Shown: positions 47,449-58,700, counted from the stretch's first letter. The stretch is 62,290 nucleotides of DNA from an uncultured delta proteobacterium (GCA_903870415.1 CAIQDA010000094.1:1-62290), one strand, 5' to 3'. Notes: generated by a model from the letters alone, not told the origin. Numbers and translations: made by a program.

Positions 47449-48528
47449 CTAGCGAAGGCGTGACGAGGAGAGTGCGGCGGCGAGCGCGTCGATGGCGGGC
47501 GGTGGCGCAACCGAGGTCCACGCTTCACCGTCGACGTTTCGGCCGGTAAGGACGCAAAGCACGTCTCCGCCTCGGAGGCCAGCGGGGAGCCCGCGCAGAA
47601 TCGGCACAAGCGCGGTCGCGGCGCTGCCCTCAATCGTCTGACGCAGCTCGGCCTTCGCGAACTTCATCGCCGCGGCAATGGCGTCCTCAGTAACGACGAA
47701 GATGCCCGCAAGGGCCGCGCGCGCTCGTTCGAAGGCGCCTTGAGCGATGCCCCCTTCGAGGCCCTCGGCCACGGTGCGGGTCCGCGGCACGAAGCGCTCG
47801 ATGGCCCGCCCGTCGACGAGCGACTTTGCCATCACCGGCGACACCTCGCTTTGAACGCCGTACACGCGACGCACGTCACCGAGGCTCTCTTCCGCCTCGT
47901 GAACGAACGCCCACGCGAGGCCCGTTGCCAAGCCGCCACCACCGAAGGGTGCGAGCACCACGTCGGGCACACCGTCGAGCGCGTCGACGATTTCGAATCC
48001 GAGCGACACGCCGTTTCCGATGACGACGCGCTCGTCGTCGTAGGCGGAGACGAAGCGTGCATGATGCACACGTGCGAGCTTTTTAGCATGCGCCTCGGCG
48101 TCGTCGTACGAGCCATTGACCTCGACGAGCGTGGCTCCGTAACGCGCAATGCGGTCTTTCTTTTTTCCAGGCGCCGTGATGGGCACGACCACCGTCGCAT
48201 CAACGCCGAGGTGATCCGCCGCGAACGCGATACCCGCGCCATGATTGCCTGCGGACGCTGTGACGACCGCAACGCCATCGGCCTTCGCTGCGGCGGTCGC
48301 GAGCAGCGCTCCGCGTACTTTGAAACTACCTGTAGCCTGCAGATGTTCGTAGCCGAGCCACACGCGCGTCGCCCCGCTCGCGTCGGCAAAAGCGTCCAGC
48401 GACTCGCCTCGAAACACCGCGCATCGCCGGACGCCCATCGAGCAAAAACGCTCGTGAAAACCGCGCGCCTCGTCGAGCGGCGGCGGGGGCCGTCGGGGCA
48501 CGTCGGGAGGTACGGGCACAAGCCGCAT
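47449..48528 (-). CDS. PLP-dependent serine/threonine dehydratase-family enzyme
   Basis: LQATGSFKVRGA (PLP lysine) and ASAGNHGAGIAFAA. Confidence 0.8.
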   Translation of the reverse strand: MRLVPVPPDVPRRPPPPLDEARGFHERFCSMGVRRCAVFRGESLDAFADASGATRVWLGYEHLQATGSFKVRGALLATAAAKADGVAVVTASAGNHGAGIAFAADHLGVDATVVVPITAPGKKKDRIARYGATLVEVNGSYDDAEAHAKKLARVHHARFVSAYDDERVVIGNGVSLGFEIVDALDGVPDVVLAPFGGGGLATGLAWAFVHEAEESLGDVRRVYGVQSEVSPVMAKSLVDGRAIERFVPRTRTVAEGLEGGIAQGAFERARAALAGIFVVTEDAIAAAMKFAKAELRQTIEGSAATALVPILRGLPAGLRGGDVLCVLTGRNVDGEAWTSVAPPPAIDALAAALSSSRLR

Positions 48529-48568
48529 GGAACGTCATACGGCGCGTTCCGGAGCGGAATGAACGCGA

Positions 48569-49843
48569 TCAGGTGCGCGGGCGAAGAACTTCGATGCCGC
48601 TCATGTAGGGAACGAGGCGCTTCGGAATCGTGACCGACCCGTCGGCGTTCTGATGGTTCTCGAGGAGCGGAATGAGGATGCGCGGGCTCGCGATGGCGGT
48701 GTTGTTGAGCGTGTAAACGTAGGCGAGCTGGCCGTCTGGCTGCCGCACGCGAACGTTCGAGCGTCGCGCTTGAAAATCGCCGAGCGTCGAGCACGAGTGG
48801 GTCTCCGCGTAGGCCTGACGACCGGGCATCCACGACTCGACCTCGTGCTTGCGCGTCTGGCCAAGGCCAATCTCGCCGGTGCAGGCGAGGCACACGCGAT
48901 AGGGAATTTCGAGGGCTTCAAGGATCGACTCGGCGTTGCCGAGGAGCTGATAATGCTCACGCTCCGCGAGTTCCTCGTCGGGAAGGCAGAAGACCACCTG
49001 CTCGACCTTCGTGAACTGGTGCACGCGGTAGACGCCCTTGGTGTCCTTGCCGTGAGCCCCGGCTTCGCGACGAAAGCACGGTGACAGGCCCGCGTAACGA
49101 ATGGGCAGCTTTGCCGCGTCGAGGACCTGATTGGCGTGGAGCGAAACCAGCGCGACTTCGCTCGTGCCCACCAAGAAAAGGTCGTCCGCCGGAATCGCGT
49201 AGGTTTCCTCTTTGCCGAGCGGAAAGAAGCCCGTGCCCACGAGGGCGCTCTCCCGCACGATGACCGGCGGCAAAACGAGTTCGAGTCCGCGGCTGCGCAA
49301 AATGTCGACCGCGAGACGCGTGACCGCGAGTTCGAGCAACGCGCCGTCGCCCTTCAGCGCGTACGACCGTCCGCCCGCAAAGTTTCGCGGTCCGTCCCAG
49401 TCGATGAGGCCCAGGGAACCCATGAGGTCCACGTGGTCTTTCGGGGTGAAGTCGAAGGTGCGCGGCTGGCCGACTTTGCGAATTTCGACGTTGTCGGCCT
49501 CGCCTTTTCCGACGGGCACATCGGGCCTCGGAAGCGACGGAACCCGAAGCATCAAGTCGTCGAAACGCGCCTGAATCGCTGCAAGTTCGGGCTCAAGCCG
49601 CTCGATTTCCGCGCGAACGCCTTTCGCCTCGTCAATGAGCGCAGCCTTCTCTTCCTTCGGCACTTTCGGAATCTGCGCCGCAAGCTGGTTCTTCTTGCTG
49701 CGCTGCGTTTCGAGCACCTGAAGGGCTTCACGGCGAACGCGGTCGGCCTCGAGCAGCGCGTCGAGGTCCACGTCGCAACGCTTGTTCACGATGGCAGAAC
49801 GCACCGCGTCCTGATTCTGGCGGATAAAAGCGATGTCCAGCAT
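48569..49843 (-). CDS. serS: Seryl-tRNA synthetase
   Basis: MLDIAFIRQNQDAV... coiled-coil arm and class-II motifs (FRREAG..GKDTKG..RVHQF.KVE). The start at 49843 gives 424 aa; the listed ORF start at 50299 is an upstream extension. Confidence 0.95.
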   Translation of the reverse strand: MLDIAFIRQNQDAVRSAIVNKRCDVDLDALLEADRVRREALQVLETQRSKKNQLAAQIPKVPKEEKAALIDEAKGVRAEIERLEPELAAIQARFDDLMLRVPSLPRPDVPVGKGEADNVEIRKVGQPRTFDFTPKDHVDLMGSLGLIDWDGPRNFAGGRSYALKGDGALLELAVTRLAVDILRSRGLELVLPPVIVRESALVGTGFFPLGKEETYAIPADDLFLVGTSEVALVSLHANQVLDAAKLPIRYAGLSPCFRREAGAHGKDTKGVYRVHQFTKVEQVVFCLPDEELAEREHYQLLGNAESILEALEIPYRVCLACTGEIGLGQTRKHEVESWMPGRQAYAETHSCSTLGDFQARRSNVRVRQPDGQLAYVYTLNNTAIASPRILIPLLENHQNADGSVTIPKRLVPYMSGIEVLRPRT

Positions 49844-49982
49844 GGGCGGCGCAACGTGCCCGAGGCTCTGCGCGGTTGCAACGGCGACGGCCCGCACCCG
49901 CGGCGATAATCTTTCCGCGCGCCCCATTAACTCTGAAGGATGGAGTGTCGCATCGCTTTCAGAAGAGAACGGTGACTGGGCG

Positions 49983-52900
49983 ATGGGTAGTGGGGCTTGG
50001 AACGTGCGCCGCGTGTGGGGGTGGCTTTTCGCTGCCTTCGTGCTGCTGGTTTTTGCCCCAGCTAAAGCGCAGGCCGCAGGCACCATCGCCGTTGACGAGG
50101 CCTTTGCTTCGGCGAACATCGGCGACCACGCGGACGTGTTTATTGCGCCCAAAGGCACCGATCCGCAGGGCATCGCGGCGGTTCGGGCACTGCCGTTCGC
50201 CCCCAGCACGGGGCTGAACCTCGGGTTCCGCGAAGAGGTCGTGTGGCTTCGCGTCCCCATCGACGTGCGCCTCGCGCGCCCCGAGCCGCTCTTTCTCATC
50301 TTCCATTACACGAACCTCGACGATCTCTCGCTCTTCCTCGAGCAGCCCGACGGCTCGGTGCTTGAGCAATCTTCCGGTGATCGGCTCGCGCTTTCCGATC
50401 GCCCCGTCAAGTCGCATGAGCTTGGGTTCCGGTTCTTTCCGCAGCCAGGCCGGAGCACCGCGTACATCCGCGTGAAGTCCGAAAGTTCCCTTCGGCTCCG
50501 GTCGACGCTCTTCACTGGGGCGAGCTACGTCGAAGCCGAGGCGCACGAGCGGACGATCCTCGGAATCTACGCCGGTTTCGGCATCCTCATCGTCCTCTAC
50601 AATCTCTTCGTCTTCTTCAGCACCGGGGACTTCAACTTCCTGCGGTACTGCCTGCTCATCGGCATGTACGTCGGCGTCGACCTCGCGATTCGCGGGCTCA
50701 CGTCGTTCTATCTGTACCCAGACTCGCCGACGCTCGCGAACATCATCGTTCCCGACGCGATGTTCCCCACGCTCTCGGTGGGCCTCTGGTTCGCGCTCCG
50801 CTTTCTCAGTCCGCGATCGAGCAAGAGCGGTCTCCAGCAGGAGTTTCCCCGCCTCTACCGCCTCGGTGAGGTCTTCGCGTGGGTGCTCCTCCTCGGGCCG
50901 TTGACCCACTTCGCGTTCGGCTACCGCGTCGCGGTGAACTTCGCGACGGAAGCCATTCCGCTGTGGGCCATCTACCTCATCGTCGTTGGCAGCGTGCTCG
51001 CGCATCGCGGGTTCCGTCCCGCGAAGTTCTTCTTGATGGCGTGGAGTTCGCTCCTGCTCGGCGTCTCGACGACGGCGTTTGCGACCCGCGGCATCATCCC
51101 GACGACCGTCCTCACGAGCTACGCGGGCATGATCGGCGCGTCGGTGCAGATGGTGCTGCTCTCGTTCGGTCTCGCCGACCGCATCAACTTTTTGCAGACC
51201 GAAGTCGGTCGCCAAGAGAAGCTCACGTTCGAGGCCACGAAGCGCGCGCTTGAAGAGCAAGAGCGCATGAACGTGCTCAAGGACGAGTTCCTGGCGAACA
51301 CCTCGCACGAGCTTCGCACCCCCCTAAACGGCATCATCGGCCTCGCGGAAATGCTCGAAGAAGAGCCCCAGTTCGACGGGCGAGCGAAAGCGAATTTGCG
51401 CATGATCGCCTCGAGCGGGCGACGCTTGGCGAACCTCGTCAACGACATCCTCGACTTCTCGAAGTTGAAGAAGAACGAGCTCGTGCTTCAGAAGGCGCGC
51501 ACGGACGTCGGGCCCATCGTGGACACGGTCATCGGCCTCACACGGACCATCGTCGGGAAGAAGCCCGTCACCGTCATCAACAACGTCCCCGCGGACTTGG
51601 GAGCGGTCTACGGCGATGCGAATCGCATCCAGCAGATCCTTTTCAACCTCGTCGGCAACGCGCTCAAGTTCACCGACGCGGGCACGGTCACCATCGCCGC
51701 GAGCGCGACCGATGTGGACGTGAGCATCTCCGTCAAGGACACGGGCATCGGCATTTCGGAAGAGGCGATGGGGCGCATCTTCGAGTCGTTCGAACAAGGC
51801 GACGGAAGCACGGCGCGCAAGTACGGCGGAACGGGCCTCGGCCTCGCGGTCACCCGTCAACTCGTCGAAGCGCATAGCGGTGAAATCCTCGTGGAGTCCC
51901 AGGTCGGCCACGGTTCGCGTTTCACCGTGACCTTGCCGCGTTCGACCTCGACGCTCGAGACCCTTCCGGCATCCGAAGCGCAAGCGGCCCTCGCAGCCCG
52001 CGTACGCCCGGCGTCGACCACGTTGCGCGTGGCCCCAAAGACGCCATCGTTCGCCCCGAACGCCGCGGCAACGGTCAGCGTGCCACCACCGGCCCAAGCC
52101 CCGCGCGTGAACGTCGACACCAGCAAAGGACGCGTCCTTGTCGTCGACGACGAGCCCGTCAACCGCGAGGTGCTTTTGCAGCTCCTCACGCAGCGCGGCT
52201 ACATCGTCGACCAAGCGGAAGACGGCATCGAAGGCATCGCCAAGATCAAAGACGGAGCCCTTCCGGACATCGTTCTCCTCGACGTGATGATGCCCGGCAA
52301 GAGCGGCTACGAGGTCCTCGACGAGGTGCGCAAGACCTTCGACAAAGAGACGCTGCCCATTCTGCTTTTGACTGCGAAAACCCAGGAGAAAGACCTGGCC
52401 GAAGGTTTCAAGCGCGGGGCGAACGACTACGTCACCAAGCCCTTCTCGCGCCTCGAACTCGAAGCGCGTGTGCAGCACCACCTCACGGTCTCGCGCCAAT
52501 CGCGCCGGTTGGCGTCGGAGCTCGCGGAGCGTGTGCGTCTTGAAGGCACGAACGAGGCGCTCAAGTTCCAACATGCCTCGGCACGCGCGAATCTCGACGC
52601 CATCGCGCAAGAGCGCGAAGCCCTCGTTGCCGAACTCGACGAGGCGCAAAAGCAACTCGTGCAGGCCGAAAAGATGGCCTCGCTTGGGCAGCAGGTATCG
52701 GGCATCGCGCACGAGATCGGCAACCCGCTGAACTACATTTCAGGCAGCGCGCAACTCATGGGCCTTGAGATCATGGACCTCGAAGAGAAGTGTCCGGGCG
52801 AGAGCGCCGTCGCCCACTTCGATCGCATCCGTGAGCACCTCACGGACATGGAGACAGGCTGCGAGAAGATCCGCGAAATCAGCCAAGCCATGCGCAACTA

Positions 52901-53456
52901 CAGCCGCCTTGACGATGTCGCGACGCCGGACATCGACCTCGTCGAAGTGGCGAAAGAAGCGCTCGTCATTCTCGATGGCAAAGCGCGCGGCATCACGCTC
53001 ACGATGCGCGACTCGCAGGTGCCGACCATCACCTGCCACCGAAGCCACGTGGGGCAAGTGATCATGAACCTCGTCGGCAACGCCATCGACGCGCTTCAAG
53101 AGCGACGCGACAACGAAGGCGTCGAGTCCTGCGGACGCATCGCGGTCGAGCTTCGACCGAGCGACTCCGATGGCACCGACGGCGTCGAAATTTGCGTCGA
53201 TGACGACGGACCCGGAGTTCCGAAGGCGATTCGCGCGAAGATCCTCGAGCCGTTTTTCACCACCAAGCCCGCGGGCAAAGGCACCGGCCTCGGCCTCGCG
53301 ATCACCTCGAAGATCGTGCAGCAACACGGCGGACGCATCTCCATCGAGACCAGCGACTCGCTCGGTGGCGCGAGCTTCCGCGTCTGGTTGCCGCTCACGC
53401 CGATTACACAAGCCTCCGAAGATGCGTCCGGCCTCCACGGCATGTTCGACGACTGA
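49983..53456 (+). CDS. Second 7TMR-DISM hybrid histidine kinase, paralog of 40729-44169, with the same kinase-receiver-kinase architecture
   Basis: Same block order as the first: FLANTSHELRTPLNG, GTGLGLAVTRQLVEAHSG, REC (VLVVDDEPVN...LLDVMMPGKSG...DYVTKPF), second H-box VSGIAHEIGNPLNY, GKGTGLGLAITSKIVQQHGG. Confidence 0.85.
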   Translation: MGSGAWNVRRVWGWLFAAFVLLVFAPAKAQAAGTIAVDEAFASANIGDHADVFIAPKGTDPQGIAAVRALPFAPSTGLNLGFREEVVWLRVPIDVRLARPEPLFLIFHYTNLDDLSLFLEQPDGSVLEQSSGDRLALSDRPVKSHELGFRFFPQPGRSTAYIRVKSESSLRLRSTLFTGASYVEAEAHERTILGIYAGFGILIVLYNLFVFFSTGDFNFLRYCLLIGMYVGVDLAIRGLTSFYLYPDSPTLANIIVPDAMFPTLSVGLWFALRFLSPRSSKSGLQQEFPRLYRLGEVFAWVLLLGPLTHFAFGYRVAVNFATEAIPLWAIYLIVVGSVLAHRGFRPAKFFLMAWSSLLLGVSTTAFATRGIIPTTVLTSYAGMIGASVQMVLLSFGLADRINFLQTEVGRQEKLTFEATKRALEEQERMNVLKDEFLANTSHELRTPLNGIIGLAEMLEEEPQFDGRAKANLRMIASSGRRLANLVNDILDFSKLKKNELVLQKARTDVGPIVDTVIGLTRTIVGKKPVTVINNVPADLGAVYGDANRIQQILFNLVGNALKFTDAGTVTIAASATDVDVSISVKDTGIGISEEAMGRIFESFEQGDGSTARKYGGTGLGLAVTRQLVEAHSGEILVESQVGHGSRFTVTLPRSTSTLETLPASEAQAALAARVRPASTTLRVAPKTPSFAPNAAATVSVPPPAQAPRVNVDTSKGRVLVVDDEPVNREVLLQLLTQRGYIVDQAEDGIEGIAKIKDGALPDIVLLDVMMPGKSGYEVLDEVRKTFDKETLPILLLTAKTQEKDLAEGFKRGANDYVTKPFSRLELEARVQHHLTVSRQSRRLASELAERVRLEGTNEALKFQHASARANLDAIAQEREALVAELDEAQKQLVQAEKMASLGQQVSGIAHEIGNPLNYISGSAQLMGLEIMDLEEKCPGESAVAHFDRIREHLTDMETGCEKIREISQAMRNYSRLDDVATPDIDLVEVAKEALVILDGKARGITLTMRDSQVPTITCHRSHVGQVIMNLVGNAIDALQERRDNEGVESCGRIAVELRPSDSDGTDGVEICVDDDGPGVPKAIRAKILEPFFTTKPAGKGTGLGLAITSKIVQQHGGRISIETSDSLGGASFRVWLPLTPITQASEDASGLHGMFDD

Positions 53457-53490
53457 GCGCGGCCACGGAGCTGCTACGCCACAGCAATCC

Positions 53491-54408
53491 ATGAGCTCAC
53501 TTTCTGCGTTTTCGGGCGTCGGTGCCTTCGGGGTCACCTGCTTGCTGCTCGCGGGCTGTTCGCGAACGAACGACGCCTCAGCGGTGCGAGGACCCGTGCA
53601 GGATGCAGGCAGTTCGTCGTGCCCCACTCCAGGGGCGCCCACGGTGCTTGCGCGCGTGGCGAGTCCAGCCATCGTCGAGGCGAGCGGCCTTGCGGCGAGC
53701 TTGCGCTTCGAGGGCGTCTTTTGGACCCACAACGACAGCGGTGATTCCGCGCGCATCTTCGCGCTCACTCGCACGGGCACGGTCGCAGCTGAAATTGCGC
53801 TCGAGGGCGTCACGGCCACGGACATCGAAGACATCGCGGTCGCACCCTGCGCCGAGGGCTCGTGCATCTTCGTTGCCGACACGGGCGACAACGCCGAGGG
53901 ACGCTCGGAGGTCGCGATCCATCGCCTTCCCGAACCCCACACGCTCACGAGCGGAACCGCGCGGGTTTCCACGATTCGCTTCCATTACGAAGACCGTCCG
54001 CACAACGCCGAAAGCCTTCTCGCGGACCCGACCGGCGAGCTCTACGTGCTGACGAAAGAGAAGCTCGGCCCGAGCACGCTCTTCGCCGTTCCAACGTCCG
54101 GAGACGTGGCGCACGCCGTGGCAAAGATCACCCCGCCCCTTGGCTCGAACCTCTTCACCGCAGCGTCCGTCGCGCGTGACGGGACGATGGTTGCACTCCG
54201 CACGTACACGCACGCGTTTCTCTACCCCGTCTTGCCGGACGAGTCGCTTTCGGTCGCGCTCCAGCGCCCGCCCTGCGTCGTACCGCCCCCGGGCGAGCCC
54301 CAGGGCGAAGCTGTCGCGTTCACGCCGGATCGATCGGCGCTGCTCTTTCTCAGCGAAGGAAACGCGGTTCCGCTTTACGAGGTCTCGCTCACGTCCTCGT
54401 CACGCTGA
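53491..54408 (+). CDS. Lipoprotein, beta-propeller-like (hypothetical)
   Basis: Lipobox LLLAGC. Blocks EASGLA...FWTHNDSGD and IFVADTGDN. Starts 34 nt after the kinase stop. Confidence 0.55.
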   Translation: MSSLSAFSGVGAFGVTCLLLAGCSRTNDASAVRGPVQDAGSSSCPTPGAPTVLARVASPAIVEASGLAASLRFEGVFWTHNDSGDSARIFALTRTGTVAAEIALEGVTATDIEDIAVAPCAEGSCIFVADTGDNAEGRSEVAIHRLPEPHTLTSGTARVSTIRFHYEDRPHNAESLLADPTGELYVLTKEKLGPSTLFAVPTSGDVAHAVAKITPPLGSNLFTAASVARDGTMVALRTYTHAFLYPVLPDESLSVALQRPPCVVPPPGEPQGEAVAFTPDRSALLFLSEGNAVPLYEVSLTSSSR

Positions 54409-55682
54409 CCGAGTGCGGACGCGGGAAGGCCCTCCCAACGCGCGAGCACGACTGTGGCCGTTGCGTTGCCGATGACGTTCGCGGCTGACCGCGCCATGTC
54501 CATGAGCTCGTCGACCGCGAGGAGCATGGCCACACCCGCCTCACCGGGAATGCGAAAGCCATCGCACGTGGACGCAATGATCACGAGGGTCGCGCGCGGC
54601 ACACCGGCCACGCCCTTCGACGCGAGGATAAACGTACCCATCATCGCGAACTCTTCGGTGAGCGTGAGGTTTGCACCCGACGCCTGCGCAATGGCCATCG
54701 AGGCGAGCGCCAAGTAAAGCGTCGAACCGTCGAGGTTGAACGAATACCCCGCAGGAAGCACGAAGGCCGCCACGGGTTTCGGCACGCCAAAACGCACGAG
54801 CGCATCGAGGAGCTTGGGCAACGCCGCTTCGCTCGACGCGGTGGAGAACGCGGTCAAGACCGGGTCGCGGATGGTCGCTGCGAATCGCAACATGGGCACG
54901 CGCGCGACCGTGAGCACGGGCACGAGAACGAGCAGGATGAAGACCGCCAACGCGACGTAGAGGCTCGACACAAGAGCGGCGTAGCGCGCGAGCAAGTGAG
55001 CGCCCGCCCCCCACCCGCCGGCCTGCCCATCATGGGACGACGCCATGTGACTCACGTTCGACGCCATCGCGCCGAAGACGCCGAGCGGTGTGAACGTCAT
55101 AATGATTTCGGTATACCGAAACATGACGTGGGCAAGTCCATCGACAAAACGAACCACAGGCAGGCCGTGATCGCCCGAGCGCCGCAACGCAACCGCGAAG
55201 ATCGTCGCGAAGACGACAAGCGGGAGCACGTCGCCTTCCGCGGCGTGACGCAGGCCATTCTCTGGAAACGCATGGAGCAGAATCTCCCAACCACCCTTCG
55301 CGGCGCTCGCCTTCACGGGTCCGGCCGCCGCAAGGTCGAGCGGGAGCCCGACGCCCGGGGACACGAGGTGCGCGACGCCAAGGCCGATGAAGAGCGCGAG
55401 CGTTGTGACGACCTCGAAGTAAACGAAGGCGCGCGCACCGAGGCGCCCGAGGCCACCGGTGGAGCCCACCTGAACCATGCCCGACACGAGGGTCGCAAAC
55501 ACGATGGGCGCGACCACGCTCTTGACGAGCCGCAAGAACGCCTTCGAGAGAAAGCGAAAGAGTTCGTACGCAAACGGGTGTGAGTCCTGCGGGAGGAAGC
55601 CTCCGAGCACGACGCCGGCGACGAGACCGAGGAAAATAAGCCGCGTGCCCATGCCAGCGCCTGCGGTCGACCTTGACGACAT
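54375..55682 (-). CDS. Dicarboxylate/amino acid:cation symporter (DAACS; GltP/DctA-like)
   Basis: LVKSVVAPIVFATLV, SSEAALP, GVPRATLVII blocks. An alternative start lies at 55652. Confidence 0.85.
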   Translation of the reverse strand: MSSRSTAGAGMGTRLIFLGLVAGVVLGGFLPQDSHPFAYELFRFLSKAFLRLVKSVVAPIVFATLVSGMVQVGSTGGLGRLGARAFVYFEVVTTLALFIGLGVAHLVSPGVGLPLDLAAAGPVKASAAKGGWEILLHAFPENGLRHAAEGDVLPLVVFATIFAVALRRSGDHGLPVVRFVDGLAHVMFRYTEIIMTFTPLGVFGAMASNVSHMASSHDGQAGGWGAGAHLLARYAALVSSLYVALAVFILLVLVPVLTVARVPMLRFAATIRDPVLTAFSTASSEAALPKLLDALVRFGVPKPVAAFVLPAGYSFNLDGSTLYLALASMAIAQASGANLTLTEEFAMMGTFILASKGVAGVPRATLVIIASTCDGFRIPGEAGVAMLLAVDELMDMARSAANVIGNATATVVLARWEGLPASALGQRDEDVSETS

Positions 55683-55771
55683 GGTGGCGACGTTACCATC
55701 AACACGCCTGCGCCGAATCGCCTCGGCGTGCGTTTCGAAGCGGTTCCGATCCGCGCTATGGTCCCCGCACC

Positions 55772-58700
55772 ATGCGCTCCCCTGCGAAGCTTCGTTTCAG
55801 CCTTGTGCTCGCCGCCGCCGCGGCTGCGAGTTTGCTCAGCGTTCGAGGTCTGCGCTCCGGCGCTCCGTTCTGGACGGGTTTTCCGCCGCAAGAGGCCTTC
55901 GCCGCCGCGTCGAGTGGCGCAAAGAAGGGCCCTTATGATCTCACGCAGCTGCGGGTGATCAGCGAGGTGCTGCGGGCCATCAACGAGCGCTACGTCGATC
56001 CGAAACGCGTCCGTCCGCAAGAGATGCTTCGGGGCGCGCTCGACTTCGTGCAACGCGACGTGGCGCAGGTGCTTGTGACTTACGACGAGGGCAACACCGT
56101 CGCGCACATCAAAGCGGACACGCAGGAGCAAAGCTTCCGCCTCGACGACGTTGTCGCGCCTTGGGACGTCGCCGCGCGCCTCCGTGAGGTGTTTGCTTTT
56201 CTCCAGAAGTCCCTCGAGGGCTCGGACGTGGACCTTCGCGAGGTCGAGTACGCCGCATCAAACGGCATGCTGCATACGCTGGACCCGCACAGCATGCTGC
56301 TGACGCCCGAGCAGCACCGCGACATGAAGGTTCAGACGCGTGGCCAGTTCGGCGGCCTCGGTATCGTCATCTCGATCCGCGATCAGCAGCTCACCGTGAT
56401 GAACCCCATGCCCGGCACGCCCGCGCATCGCTCGGGTATCCGTCGCTACGATCGCATCACGCGCATCGACAACGAGTCGACGACGAACCTTGGACTCAAC
56501 GAAGCGGTGTCGCGCTTGCGTGGCGTGCCGAACACGAAAGTCACCGTGTGGGTTCACCGTGAGGGGCCCGAGGGTTGGGAGGGCTCGAAGGCTTTCGAAC
56601 TCACGCGTGAAGTCATCCGCGTGAAGTCCATCGACTCGAAGCTTCTCGAAGGCAACGTCGCCTACGTGCGACTGAAAACCTTCATGGCCGCGTCGCTGTC
56701 GACCGACATGATGAAGGCCCTTGAGGAGATGAGACGCCAGGGCCCGCTGAAAGGCGTCGTGCTCGATCTGCGCGGCAACGGCGGAGGCCTCCTCGATCAA
56801 GCCGTGCGAATCGTCGACGCGTTCGTCGCCGAGGGCCCCATCCTCGCGACCGTAGGCAAGGCCGAGGGCCGCGACGAGCACGCCGCGCGCCGCGAAGGCA
56901 CGGAACCGAATTACCCGCTCGTGGTCCTCGTCGACGGTGAGTCCGCGAGCGCTTCTGAAATTGTCACGGGCGCTCTGAAGAACCACGACCGCGCCATCAT
57001 CGTGGGCACGACGACGTTCGGAAAAGGAAGCGTTCAGGCCGTGCTTGAGGACATGCCCGACGACACGGCGCTCAAGGTCACGACGGCGCAGTACCTCACG
57101 GAGCCTGGCGACGTTTCGATCCAAGGCGTCGGCGTGATGCCCGACATCGAGCTCGACCCGATGACCGTGGACCCCATCGAGATGGACCTCGTCGGAAAGC
57201 ACGAACAACTTCGCGAGCGCGACCTTTCGCGCCGCCTCGTCTCGTCGCGAACCCGCGGCGAAGAAAAGCCCTTCGATGTCCTTCGTTACGTCTTCCCTCT
57301 TCGCGACCGCCTCGAGCTCCGCGAACGCGGTTTCGAAGACGATGGCGTACGCGTGGACTTTCCCATTCGCTTCGCACGTGATCTCGTCTCGCGCCTGCCC
57401 TCGGGCTCGCGCACAATGCAGCTGCAGAGTGCAAAGACTTTCCTCGATCAAGTTCGAGGCCGTGAGGTCGCGTCCCTCGCGGACGAGCTGAAGAAGATCG
57501 CCATCGATTGGAGCGATGCGCCGGCCAACCTCTCGGCGGTCGCCCCGCCCGAGCCACCTCTTGGCGTCGACGTCACCGTCGAAACGAGCGCGCCGTCGAA
57601 CGAGGTTCGCGCGGGCGAGGCCGCGGACCTGCGCGTGACCGTGACCAACAAGAGCCGGGACCACCTTCACCGCGTCTTCGCGGTCACGAAGTCCGACGCG
57701 TATTACTTCAACGAACGCGAGCTCGTGTTCGGGCACCTCAAGCCCGGCGAGAGCAAAACGGTCAACGTGCCGCTCGGCGTTTGCACCGTCGAGGGTCGCA
57801 AGCCCGGGTCGAGCGCGGCCCTTCCGCAGGACCTCCCGCGCACGTGCCGCGTTCCAAAGGACGCTCTCTCGCGCGCCGACGGCGTGGTCGTGCACTTCGA
57901 GGAGGCCCGCGGTCACGCACCTTCGGACAGCACGATCCGCGTGACGACGAAGGCCCTCGATCGCCCTGTATTTGCCTACGAATGGGCCGTCATCGACGAC
58001 CGGCGTGGCAACGGCGACGGGCGCATTCAAAAAGGCGAAGCGCTCACCATGGCGCTCACGGTGCGCAACGTCGGCAAGGGTGCGAGCCACGACGCGCAAG
58101 CGAACTTGCGTAACCTCAGCGGCGACGGGCTTCTCCTTCGCGATGCGCGCTTTGACCTGAGCAACCTCAAGCCCGACGAGGCACGGCGCTTCGCGTTCAC
58201 CTTCGACGTGGACCCGCAGCTCGAGGGCAAAGAGGCGCGCATGGAGCTCGTCATTACGGACACGGAGCTTCGCGAAAGCGTCGCCGAACGCATCACGCTT
58301 CCCGTGGAGCCGCCGGCGGAACTGACGCCGGTGCGTGGGGCCTTCGATGCCGCGCGTCCCGTAAGCTTGCGTTCTACACCTTCCAACGACGCGCACGTTC
58401 TCGGACTCATGCCCGCGAAATCAAACGCGCTCATCGTGGGCACGACCGGCGCGTTCTGGAAGGTCGCGCTCGACGGAACGCGCTTTGCGTTCGTGCGCAA
58501 AGACGAAGGCACCGATTCGCCGAAGCCCGGGGTTCCGGTTCAACCGCTTCCGCCGGTTCTTCATGGACCGCCGTCGATCGAGCTTTCGATTCCCGCCCTC
58601 GTCGTGCGTGAGGACCATCTGTCGCTTTCAGGAAGCGCGACGGACGCGCGCGGGCTTGTGGACGCGTTCATCTTCGTGGGCGGACGCAAGGTATTCTACG

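Noticed and set aside
47991-48000. tRNA T-arm-like string TTTCGAATCC
   Set aside because: It lies inside the PLP-dehydratase coding frame. It lacks the GG of GGTTCGAATCC, and no acceptor, D or anticodon stems can be drawn around it.
49844-49982. T-box or other leader riboswitch upstream of serS
   Set aside because: The 139-nt divergent gap is too short for a T-box. Only a weak 6-bp stem (TCTGAA/TTCAGA) is visible, and no specifier or T-box sequence is recognisable.
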